A DNA stretch of 64,000 bases, taken from positions 2,183,850 to 2,247,849 of the forward strand of contig OZ255628.1 in NCBI GenBank assembly GCA_965276795.1. Direction: 5' to 3'. Shown piece by piece: positions 9,853 to 18,092 of this stretch. The DNA comes from Acetobacteraceae bacterium. GTDB lineage: Bacteria > Pseudomonadota > Alphaproteobacteria > Acetobacterales > Acetobacteraceae. Numbering within the stretch: position 1 is the first letter of the stretch; every line of letters starts with the position of its first letter. The notes under the pieces were generated by a model. That model was not told where the DNA came from, ran no database searches, and saw nothing but the letters and a program-made list of their open reading frames with translations. Made by a program: the position numbers and the translations under genes.

Positions 9853-10482
9853 TCAGCGCGCGCCGGCGTAAAGCGCGTCGATGATGGATCGGGCGCGCGG
9901 CTTGTAGGCTGCGTTGTCCGTTAGTTTCCAGCCGCCCGCGCCATCATCAGCCACCCGCGCCCGCATGCCGCCGGAACGGGCGATGATCTCATAATCCTGT
10001 CCAGCATCCGCGGGATACACAAAGGTCATGACTAGATCGCAGCTCCCGACATTAACCGAGCGGTGAATCCAATAAGGCGGCACATAGCAAACCTGCCGCG
10101 GCCCGATGGGCAGCGCCCGCGTCTCGCCTTCCGGCGATTCAAGCAACATCACGCCGGCGCCGCTTTCGCCGTAATAAATCTCCGGGCGGTCGGCGCGGGC
10201 GTGAAGATGTCCGCGCGTCATGAAATATTCCTGGCCGATCTTCCCTGGCGTCATGCGGGTGACGCCGAAAATCAAATCGCCGGCGGCGGTGGAAGGCCGC
10301 AGATCCATCACCTCATAAACCGGCCTCTCGCCATGCAAGCGCAAAGCCGCTGCATAGGCCGATGCATCCTCATATAGGCCGGCAAGCTCGGGCAGCGTCT
10401 TCGCGTAACGACCGCTCGCGCCAGCAAGCCGCCCGCCGGCGACATCGACCGAAACAAGTTGAGGCTCCCGGAGCTGCATCAT
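9853..10482 (-). CDS. Cupin-type glucose-6-phosphate isomerase family protein
   Basis: Cupin motifs TRGHLHARADRPEIYYGESGAGVMLLE and YVPPYWIHRSVN. Start set at the ATGATG at 10482, preceded by GGAGGA. The upstream part of the 254-aa ORF is AT-rich repeat DNA. Confidence 0.6.
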   Translation of the reverse strand: MMQLREPQLVSVDVAGGRLAGASGRYAKTLPELAGLYEDASAYAAALRLHGERPVYEVMDLRPSTAAGDLIFGVTRMTPGKIGQEYFMTRGHLHARADRPEIYYGESGAGVMLLESPEGETRALPIGPRQVCYVPPYWIHRSVNVGSCDLVMTFVYPADAGQDYEIIARSGGMRARVADDGAGGWKLTDNAAYKPRARSIIDALYAGAR

Positions 10483-10591
10483 GATCCTCCCATTTCGTAG
10501 TCTTATTACATTTACATCTTTTAAAACACAAGCTCTAACGCTAATGAGCGATGTTCCTGATAGTATCTCAATTCGAACTTTTCTAACTAGT

Positions 10592-10678
10592 AAAAGTTCT
10601 TTGGTTCTTTCTTTCAAGAAAGAACATCTTTTTTGTAACTAAGGCTTCTTTTTTGAAAAAAAGAAGCAAAAAACTTTT
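10592..10678. repeat. AT-rich palindromic unit pair (locus 2, compact form)
   Basis: AAAAGTTCTTTGGTTCTTTCTTTCAAGAAAGAAC ... GCTTCTTTTTTGAAAAAAAGAAGCAAAAAACTTTT in the divergent promoter region. Confidence 0.8.
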
Positions 10679-10793
10679 ATGAGTTTAAGTGCTGGCGGCT
10701 TGGGCGCGGTAGGAGCCTATAGCTTGACGGGCTATGGTTTTGGAAATAATGCTACATTGACTCCGCGAAACGACGACCTTTAGGAACTGGTTT

Positions 10794-12293
10794 GTGAACC
10801 AGGAATTGATCCTTGCCATCGATGTCGGCACCGGCAGCGTCCGCGCGGCGGCGGTCGATCTGTCGGGCCGCATCCTGCATATCGTCAGCCGCGAGCACGA
10901 GCAGATCGTGCCGCAATTCGGCTGGGCGGAGCAGAGGGCGGAATCCTGGTGGGATGGCGTTGCCGGCAGTACCCGCGAACTCATCGGAGCCTTGCCAAAC
11001 CGCCACAGCATCATCGCGGTCTGCGCCTGCGGCCAGATGCACGGCACCGTGTTGCTCGATGCAAACGGCAAGCTAACCCGCGAGACGGTGCCGCTCTGGA
11101 ACGACAAGCGCGCGGCGGCGTTGGTGCGCGCGTTCGAGGACGCCCATCAACCGCGGGACTATCTCCAGGATAGCGGCAACCCGCCAACGCCGGCCTGGCC
11201 CGCCTTCAAGCTGGCATGGCTGCGGGAGAATGATCCGGCTGCCTATCAGCGCGCCGCCCTCGTTCTGATGCCGAAGGATTTCATCAATTTCCGCCTCACC
11301 GGCGAGGCCGCCATCGACCCGGGCGATGGCTCGCTCAGCTTCCTGATGAACCCGGCGACCGGCGCATGGTCGCAAGCCATGGCGGACCGGCTGGCGCTCG
11401 ACATCGGCAAGCTGCCGCCGCTTCGCCCGCCGCTCGGCATCCTGGGGCCGGTCACCCGCGAGGCCGCCAGGCAAACCGGCTTGCGGGCGGGAACGCCGGT
11501 GCTGGTCGGCAGCGCCGATTATCCGGCGGCGCTTCTGGGCTCCGGCGTCTGCCGGCCCGGCCTGGCCTCGGACGTCACCGGCACCTCCTGCATCATCACG
11601 GTGATTGGAATTAAGCCGATCCTCGATCCGGAGATTTGCAACCTCGCCACCGTCGAAGGCGGCTGGGGTTCCTTCGTGCTGCTGGAAACCGGCGGCGACG
11701 CGGTGCGCTGGGCGCGGCGCGGCCTGCACGAGCGGACCCTCGATTATGAAGCGATCATGGACAAGGCGGCAGCGGCGCCGGCAGGGTCCGATGGCCTGTT
11801 CTTCCTGCCTTATCTGACCGGCGAGCGGCTGGGTCGGTCCCGCAACGCGCGCGCGCAGTTCTTCGGCCTGGCGGCCAGCCATGGCCTGGCGCATCTGGAC
11901 CGGGCCTTGATCGAAGGCGTGGCCTTTGCCGGAACCCGCGCCTTGCGCATCATGGCCGCCGCATCCTCCCAGCGCATCGAGCGCGTCATCGCCTCCAGCG
12001 GCGGCGTCAAAAGCCCGCTCTGGCTGAAAATCAAGGCCAGCGCCTATAACCTGCCGATCCTGGTCCCCGAACAGCCGGAATGCGGCATCGTCGGCTGCGC
12101 GGCGATGGCCGCCACCGCGCTCAGCCATTATGGCACGCTCGCCGCCGCCGTTGCCGCCTGCGTCCGCTACCAAGCCGAAATCCCCCCCGATCCCGCCTGG
12201 AGCGACCGCTACGCGCGCATGCAGCCTATTTTCGACAAGATATATCAGCAAAGCCAGCCCCTCTACGATGATCTCGACAGGCTGAACGCATGA
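10794..12293 (+). CDS. FGGY-family carbohydrate kinase (xylulokinase-like)
   Basis: GTG start. N-terminal ILAIDVGTGSVRAA, then LPYLTGER and the C-terminal FGGY domain GGGVKSPLWLKI. Confidence 0.85.
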   Translation: MNQELILAIDVGTGSVRAAAVDLSGRILHIVSREHEQIVPQFGWAEQRAESWWDGVAGSTRELIGALPNRHSIIAVCACGQMHGTVLLDANGKLTRETVPLWNDKRAAALVRAFEDAHQPRDYLQDSGNPPTPAWPAFKLAWLRENDPAAYQRAALVLMPKDFINFRLTGEAAIDPGDGSLSFLMNPATGAWSQAMADRLALDIGKLPPLRPPLGILGPVTREAARQTGLRAGTPVLVGSADYPAALLGSGVCRPGLASDVTGTSCIITVIGIKPILDPEICNLATVEGGWGSFVLLETGGDAVRWARRGLHERTLDYEAIMDKAAAAPAGSDGLFFLPYLTGERLGRSRNARAQFFGLAASHGLAHLDRALIEGVAFAGTRALRIMAAASSQRIERVIASSGGVKSPLWLKIKASAYNLPILVPEQPECGIVGCAAMAATALSHYGTLAAAVAACVRYQAEIPPDPAWSDRYARMQPIFDKIYQQSQPLYDDLDRLNA

Positions 12294-12413
12294 CAAAACC
12301 AGCGATTTGCCGGCTATAGACTCCCGGCGTCACTCCAGTAGCCCCGATCTTTGCGGAGCAATGTTCCCGTTGCCAAACCCGTCACCAATCACAGATCCCG
12401 CCTGGCATCCAAC

Positions 12414-12466
12414 CAAATCTGTGAATCTCTCTTCTGCGTTAATCTGCGTAATCTGCGCAATCTGCG
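12414..12466. repeat. Iteron-like tandem array of AATCTGCG-type 9-10-bp repeats
   Basis: TCTGCG occurs at 12433, 12443, 12452 and 12461 (spacing 10, 9, 9), preceded by degenerate AATCTGTG/AATCTCTC. Confidence 0.7.
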
Positions 12467-12539
12467 GATCATCCTTGCTTTATACTTGCCGAACCAAATG
12501 AGAAACTGTTCGTCCTGATCCACCTACCTCACAGCGTCA

Positions 12540-13490
12540 TCAACTCAGTTGTGTTTGTTTTGTTTGGCGCAGCTTTGCGTTTGCGATGACGATAATTTTC
12601 CGCATGAGGGCAACGAGCGCGACCATTTTCTTTTTGCCGTTTTTGACGAGGGTTTGGTAGAAGTGACCGAGGCTTTTCTTGCTTCTACTGGCGGCGAGGG
12701 CTGCCATGAAGAGGATGGTTTTGATCTCTGGCCTGCCGCCTCTGGTTTTTCGGTAGCCATCCCTTGCTCCGCTTTGGTTGGGATGCGGGGCGACGCCGGC
12801 CAGTGCCGCGGCTTGCCGGCGGTTAAGGTGTCCAAGCTCTGGCATCAACGCCAGAAGTCCTGTGGCGATGATACTGCCGATGCCTTCGATGCCGCCTATG
12901 ATGCTGGCATCATGGGCAAGCTTAGGGTCATCCTTGATGAGCGCCTTGGCTTGCTCCTCGATCAGGGCGATCTGCTTGTTGAGGCAGATGACCAGGTTTT
13001 GCAGCGGCGTTCTAACATGCTCCGCACCCGGAGCAGCCAGGCGGTTCTTGTAGGCGACGCGCTGCTTGATCAGGTCGGCGCGGGTCAGTACCAGGCTTTG
13101 CAGGCGCTGGCGCGCCGGCTCTGGTTTTTGCCAAAGCGTCAAGGTTTGCCAGCGTTCCCGGCCATATTGAGCCAAAGCACCGGCATCGATGGCATCGGTT
13201 TTGCCGCGGATGCCAAACGAGCGGATGAATGCTTTGACTTTGCGTGCATCGGCGCGGTGCGCGGCAATGCCCGCATCGAGCATGACATCGAGCAGGCCAG
13301 CCTCATAGCCGCCGGTGGCCTCGCAGACCACCAGGCAGGCCTTATCCAGGCTGGCGGCGAACTCAGCCAGTGGCTTCTTGTGGTTCTTGATGGTAGTGGT
13401 CTTGCCGCTCCGGCTGTCGAAGGTAACAATCTCGGCCTTGCCGACATCGCAGCCGATGAAGTGAGAAAAAGCTGTAGTCAGATGGGTCAT
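12540..13490 (-). CDS. IS110 family transposase (DEDD RuvC-like N-domain + Transposase_20 C-domain)
   Basis: IGCDVGKAE, VCEATGGYE, KTDAIDA, GIEGIGSIIATGLLALMPELG and LAGVAPHPNQSG. 316 aa. Confidence 0.92.
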   Translation of the reverse strand: MTHLTTAFSHFIGCDVGKAEIVTFDSRSGKTTTIKNHKKPLAEFAASLDKACLVVCEATGGYEAGLLDVMLDAGIAAHRADARKVKAFIRSFGIRGKTDAIDAGALAQYGRERWQTLTLWQKPEPARQRLQSLVLTRADLIKQRVAYKNRLAAPGAEHVRTPLQNLVICLNKQIALIEEQAKALIKDDPKLAHDASIIGGIEGIGSIIATGLLALMPELGHLNRRQAAALAGVAPHPNQSGARDGYRKTRGGRPEIKTILFMAALAASRSKKSLGHFYQTLVKNGKKKMVALVALMRKIIVIANAKLRQTKQTQLS

Positions 13491-13515
13491 TTGCCGGTAT
13501 CCTCATGGAGCTTGA

Positions 13516-13716
13516 GCCTCGTGAAGCTTGCGCCTGGGCGGCCCCGATTGTCTTCGGGCTTGCGCCGGTCCAGCGCAGAGGCCCCCGCAACTCATCAAGC
13601 GATCAGAGAAGCGGACAGCCGGACCATGATGACGACGGGCGTTAAAACCCCATTGCGAGACGGTCCAGCTGTCCGCGTCCTGGGCCGGACGGCCGTCCGG
13701 CCCAGGACATCCCATT
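13516..13716 (-). ncRNA. Candidate bridge (guide) RNA in the IS110 5' non-coding region, copy 1
   Basis: No substitutions relative to copy 2 across the 5' region; the only difference, a 1-nt indel, lies nearer the IS end, outside this interval. Contains a hairpin with a 15-bp stem and two loop regions matching target and IS-end sequences (see findings). Confidence 0.5.
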
Positions 13717-13764
13717 TGCACGGAACAGCCACAACCTACCACAACTCCAACAGACAAACAGACA

Positions 13765-13853
13765 ATCGCGAGCGAAGCGTGGCGATCCAGTCTTTAGTGC
13801 CCCCTCCAGAGTAAAGGCCTGGATCGCCACGCCGCTTTGCGTCTCGCGATGAC
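13765..13853. repeat. REP-like long imperfect palindrome abutting IS copy 1
   Basis: Arms ATCGCGAGCGAAGCGTGGCGATCCAG (13765-13790) and CTGGATCGCCACGCCGCTTTGCGTCTCGCGATGAC (13819-13853). Confidence 0.8.
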
Positions 13854-14011
13854 GGCATCAGGCAGAATAGGTTAACCTTGATGCCGGCTGGCATAACCGC
13901 CTTCTCAAAGGCGGAGGCCCCGCCGCCAAACTAACGCTCTCCTAACAAAATCTCTCGCCAACTGCGAATTCTGCTTGCTCACTTGCTCTGGTTTGTGGTT
14001 TTATCCGGTTA

Positions 14012-14668
14012 GTGAACCAGATCGCTTCCCTTGCCCCGGCAGAACGCCTCGCCTACATCATCGAGAACCTGTGCCAGGTGATCGGCCGGCGCAGCGACTG
14101 GCGTCTGGGCCTAGCCTGCCTGCCTGGCCAGCTCCTGTTCCAGATATGGAAGCGCCTGCGCGGCATCGCCTTCCGCTTCAGGGCGCGCCTTGCCCGCAAC
14201 GCCGCCAACCCCGTCCCCATTCCGGCCCGCTTGCGCAAGCAGCACCCAGCCCGGCCTGGCGCGGCCCGGCCTGGCGCGGCCCGGCCCCGCAAGCCGGACC
14301 CGCTGCCGCGCCATTACGCCTGGCTGCTGCGCCTGATCCAGGAAACCGCCCATGGCAGGTCTCAGTTCTGCGATTTCCTCGCCGATCCCGAAATGGCAAC
14401 CCTCCTCACCCAAGACCCGCAACTCCGCAGCATCCTCCGCCCGCTCTGCCACATCCTGGGCATCCGCCGCGACCAAGTACCGTCCCTATACCCGCCCAAG
14501 CCGCCGGCCCCGCCATTGCCATCGCAACCGCCTGACCCGCAACCGGCCGAGCCCCCAATCCATCCCATCATTGCCCCAGAGCAAGCAGAGCAAGCCGCGT
14601 CGCCTCCCGGCACAGCGCCGCCGCCTGACCCCGAGCCGCCCGATCCCGCGACGGACACTTGCGCGTAA
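14012..14668 (+). CDS. Proline-rich hypothetical protein, paralogue A (LPRHYAWL...ILRPLCH.LGIRR family)
   Basis: GTG start. The conserved core is shared in this frame with 51748..52491. Contains ARPGA tandem repeats and a Pro-rich tail. Confidence 0.6.
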   Translation: MNQIASLAPAERLAYIIENLCQVIGRRSDWRLGLACLPGQLLFQIWKRLRGIAFRFRARLARNAANPVPIPARLRKQHPARPGAARPGAARPRKPDPLPRHYAWLLRLIQETAHGRSQFCDFLADPEMATLLTQDPQLRSILRPLCHILGIRRDQVPSLYPPKPPAPPLPSQPPDPQPAEPPIHPIIAPEQAEQAASPPGTAPPPDPEPPDPATDTCA

Positions 14669-14893
14669 TCGCCTTCGCACGCCCATAACGTTACGTATTC
14701 GAAACGAAAAGCGCTGGCAAGAACAATGCTTCCCCTTGCTTTCGTTTATGGTTGCCTGCTTTGGGTGACAGTTTCATGAAAAATGCCGGATTGCCCGGAT
14801 TTATCATGCCAAACTTCACGGATTTCATTATCCCTGCGCTGCAAAACCCGCCTGACCCTGTCCCGAACGCACCCGCGCCTCATGGAGACTTTA

Positions 14894-16852
14894 ATGCCAA
14901 TACGCCGCCGCGCACGCTCATGGCTGCGATCCGCCGCCTTCCTGGTTCCAGCGCTTTCACCCGCTTTGGCGCAAGCCGCCAATCCCGCGATTGCGTCGCC
15001 GCCACCCAAGGCGGCGGCGTCCTATCTGGTGAAACCCGGCCAGGAGCCGCGGCTGACGCCTGAGCAAATGGCGCAACTAATCCGGCGTCACGTCAAATAC
15101 GTCTTTGTCCTGTATCAGGAAAATCGCTCTTTTGATTCCTATTTCGGCACATACCCAGGGGCGGATGGCCTCTATTCCCAGCCGGCGGCGAACACGCCTG
15201 GGTTTTCCCAGAACATCATCGGCGTCTCCGGCAAGACCGAGACGATCAGCCCGTTTCGCATCGGCCCCAAGCTCTATGCCGCCGATACGGATGACATCGA
15301 TCACTCTCACCCGATTACTTTCGCCAAAATGCACGTGGCCGATGGCCATGCCGAAATGAACCGCTACGCGCTGTCGGAAGAAAAGAAATACTGGAAATCC
15401 GGCGCCGCCCCCTCGCTGATGGCCAAGCAGATGGGTGAACTCGCCATGGCGTATGAGGATTGCGACACCATCCCGATTCTCTGGCGCTACGCCGACCGCT
15501 TCGTGCTGATGGACCATATGTTCGAGGACATGGCAGCGCCCTCGACGCCCGGCAACCTTTCCATCTTCGCGGCGCAAAGCGGCCTCACCCAATGGGCGCT
15601 GCATCCCTCGCAAGCCTGGAAAACCGCCAGCAGCGCCGGCGAGCCGGTGATCGACGATCATGATCCGCTTTGGGGCTCGCCCGATGATCCCTATAAGCAC
15701 AAGCTGGTGCCCTACAGCCCCAAGGACTATCAAGAAGACAAGCCGAAAAACATCCAGATCAACCAGACCTATGCCAGCCTGGCGCTGACCACCGCCGGCA
15801 ACACGGTCAAGGCAAAGACCGGGCATGATCTCAACCCCAAGCCAGACCTCGATGACGTCACCGCCGATATCGGCTTCATCCAGCATCTTAACCAGAACAA
15901 GGTCGCCTGGCGCTGGTTCGAGCAAGGCTACTCCTCAAAGCCGGCGCCGGACAATCAAGGGCCGCGCGACGCCGAGGGCGTGCACGCCTCCTACGTCACC
16001 CATCATAATGGCCCGCAATATTTCGGCTATATCGCCAACAACCCTGAAATGGCCGCCGACATGCACGGATTGCGGGAATTTTTCACCGCCATCAAAACCG
16101 CGAGCCTGCCGCGGGAAGGCGGGGTGTTTTACGTCAAGGGCGGCGGGATCAACAGTTTCGGCATGAAGCCCGCCGATCCCGATGCGCGCGTACAGCAGCG
16201 GTTTCTCGGCGATGACGATCATCCCGCCTATTCCGACAGCCAGATCAGCGAAAGCCTGCTCGCCCGCGCGGTGAACGCCATCGCCGCCAGCAAATACTGG
16301 GCGCATGCCGCCATCATCATCACCTGGGATGACAGCGAAGGCGATTATGATCATGTGCCGCCGCCGGAACTGGCGACCGCGCCTGACGGAACCCTGCTGA
16401 GCGACGGGCCGCGCGTGCCTTTCCTGGTGATCTCGCCGTTTGCCAGGACGCATGAGGTCTCGCATGCGGTGGGAAATCAGGCCTCGGTGGTGAAGTTCGT
16501 CGACGCGGTGTTCCATCTGCCGCCGCTGGCGACGCTGCCCGACGAGCAAAAGGGCCGCGAAATCGGCAAGCAGAAGTTTCACCAGGATAATATCGGGCCG
16601 TTCGACGCGGAGACGCCCGGCGTCAACAACCTGTTCTCCGCCTTCGACCCCGCGCGGCTGGATGACAAGGCAAAACCCTTGCCCGCCTCCTATGCGGAAG
16701 TGCCGCAAGCCTGGGCGGAGGAGCTGCCTTCGCAATCAGGGGCGGATTGCAAGGCGATCGGCATCGTGCCGGCTGACCGTCAGTTGCGCATCGCCAACCA
16801 CATCCCGGCGGATTTCAACCCGCGGCCAAAGACCAACCCGACCAAGTCATAG
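14894..16852 (+). CDS. Secreted phosphoesterase family protein (phospholipase C / AcpA acid phosphatase family)
   Basis: KYVFVLYQENRSFDSYFGTYPGADGL (PF04185-type). Signal MPIRRRARSWLRSAAFLVPALSPALAQA. Start at 14894 after GGAGA. Confidence 0.8.
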   Translation: MPIRRRARSWLRSAAFLVPALSPALAQAANPAIASPPPKAAASYLVKPGQEPRLTPEQMAQLIRRHVKYVFVLYQENRSFDSYFGTYPGADGLYSQPAANTPGFSQNIIGVSGKTETISPFRIGPKLYAADTDDIDHSHPITFAKMHVADGHAEMNRYALSEEKKYWKSGAAPSLMAKQMGELAMAYEDCDTIPILWRYADRFVLMDHMFEDMAAPSTPGNLSIFAAQSGLTQWALHPSQAWKTASSAGEPVIDDHDPLWGSPDDPYKHKLVPYSPKDYQEDKPKNIQINQTYASLALTTAGNTVKAKTGHDLNPKPDLDDVTADIGFIQHLNQNKVAWRWFEQGYSSKPAPDNQGPRDAEGVHASYVTHHNGPQYFGYIANNPEMAADMHGLREFFTAIKTASLPREGGVFYVKGGGINSFGMKPADPDARVQQRFLGDDDHPAYSDSQISESLLARAVNAIAASKYWAHAAIIITWDDSEGDYDHVPPPELATAPDGTLLSDGPRVPFLVISPFARTHEVSHAVGNQASVVKFVDAVFHLPPLATLPDEQKGREIGKQKFHQDNIGPFDAETPGVNNLFSAFDPARLDDKAKPLPASYAEVPQAWAEELPSQSGADCKAIGIVPADRQLRIANHIPADFNPRPKTNPTKS

Positions 16853-16877
16853 GATGCCCCGCGGCCCGCGAGCGTCC

Positions 16878-17588
16878 TCATGGCCTGTTATAGGCGGCCT
16901 GCGCAAGATGCGGCTGGCCCGAATAGAGGGTGGGGAACAACCGGGCCAGCGCCGCCAGCTTCGGCGCGTCATACATCGCGATATAGGGGCTATCAGGGTG
17001 CAGCGTGGCGTAGTTTTGATGGTAGCCCTCCGCCGGATAGAACGGCTTCGCCGCATCGACGCGGGTCATGATCGGCGCGGCAAAGACGTGATCAGCGGTC
17101 AATTGCTTGAGATAGCCTTCAGCGATTTTGCGCTGTTGCGGCGTTTCGACCCAAATCTCGCCGCGATATTGCGTGCCCTCATCCGGCCCCTGATAATTCA
17201 GTTCGGTCGGATTTGCCGCCACCGACACGTAAATCCGCAGCAGCTGGCCATAGCTGATCACGCTCGGATCAAAGATGAGTTTGATCGATTCCGCCTGCCC
17301 GGTGCTTCCCGTGCTGACATCGTCGTAATGGGCAGTGTCGGCAGCGCCGCCCGTATACCCCGAAACCACGCTCCGCACGCCTTTCACGTGCTGGAACACC
17401 AGCTGCATGCCCCAAAAACAGCCGCCTGACAAAATCGCGGTCTCGGCGCCCGGCGCGCTCGCCAGCGCCGCGTCGACAACCGGCGCCGGCGCCAGCGCCG
17501 TGGTCTCAGCCGCCAATGCAGGGGCGGCAGGCAAAAATAGCGCGACGCCGCCAAGAATCGCCGTCGTTAAAAGAAGGTTTCGTATCAT
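16878..17588 (-). CDS. msrA: Peptide-methionine (S)-S-oxide reductase MsrA with signal peptide
   Basis: GGCFWGMQLVFQHVKGVRSVVSGYTGG. N-terminal MIRNLLLTTAILGGVALFLPAAPALA. ATG at 17588 preceded by GAGGA. Confidence 0.88.
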   Translation of the reverse strand: MIRNLLLTTAILGGVALFLPAAPALAAETTALAPAPVVDAALASAPGAETAILSGGCFWGMQLVFQHVKGVRSVVSGYTGGAADTAHYDDVSTGSTGQAESIKLIFDPSVISYGQLLRIYVSVAANPTELNYQGPDEGTQYRGEIWVETPQQRKIAEGYLKQLTADHVFAAPIMTRVDAAKPFYPAEGYHQNYATLHPDSPYIAMYDAPKLAALARLFPTLYSGQPHLAQAAYNRP

Positions 17589-17804
17589 GCTGTCCTCTGT
17601 GAATATGAGCCATTTGCGGTCGCGTGACGCGCTTTCGTTACTGGTTATCGCCGATCCGCGCCAGGATCGGGCTGACCGCGCGGCAGTGGCCGTCGTTTTT
17701 GTATAATGAATGCCGGCTTGATCTTGAAATATTCTAGGAAACCTCCCAGCTTCAACTACGGGAACACCTTCGTCAACAACCAGCCTCGCCAAGGAGGCGA
17801 TCAC

Positions 17805-18083
17805 ATGCAGAAGCTTTTAGTAGCCAGCGCGATTTTGATGTTCACGATGAGCGCCGCGGTTGCGCAGACGTCAAACGGCCAGAAACAGGACCCCGGCGAA
17901 AATCCCGGCATGGTCAGTCCTGGCTCCGATTCTGGATCAAGCCCAGCCGCTACGGGATCAAAACAGATGTCCGGGCAGAACATGACGCCTAAAAAAGAAA
18001 ATCCGGGCATGAAGACGCCGACGCAGACCCATAAACAGGACCCCGGCGAAAATCCGAACCAAACCAGTCCCGGCTCGAGCTAA
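17805..18083 (+). CDS. Small secreted low-complexity protein with a KQDPGENPG repeat
   Basis: AGGAGG RBS, signal MQKLLVASAILMFTMSAAVAQ, and two KQDPGENP...SPGS repeats. Confidence 0.55.
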   Translation: MQKLLVASAILMFTMSAAVAQTSNGQKQDPGENPGMVSPGSDSGSSPAATGSKQMSGQNMTPKKENPGMKTPTQTHKQDPGENPNQTSPGSS

Positions 18084-18092
18084 AATGGATTT

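Larger units (their letters stand above)
12536..13756 (-). mobile_element. IS110-family insertion sequence, copy 1 (about 1.22 kb, no terminal inverted repeats)
   Basis: Collinear with 61659..62880 in inverted orientation. Identity stops at ...GTTGATGAC (12536) and at TGTCTGTTGG... (13756). An extra 8-bp copy of the end follows at 13757-13764. Confidence 0.9.

Noticed and set aside
12549-13814. 421-aa ORF (and its twin, the 465-aa ORF at 61491..62888) running antisense through the IS110 transposase gene.
   Set aside because: It is exactly antisense to a gene with strong family motifs. The product is low-complexity and Arg/Gly/Ala-rich, typical of shadow frames in GC-rich DNA. It extends into REP and non-coding sequence.
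13975-14535. 186-aa Pro/Arg-rich ORF overlapping hypothetical protein A in another frame (also 14352..14768).
   Set aside because: Only the 14012..14668 frame is conserved with the paralogue at 51748..52491. The alternative frames show no similarity.
14657-14668. C-terminal Cys of the two proline-rich paralogues (DTCA, NFCIA) as a CaaX-type lipidation box.
   Set aside because: The Cys is 1 and 2 residues from the end, not the C-a-a-X spacing, and the context is bacterial. It is only a coincidental shared feature on current evidence.
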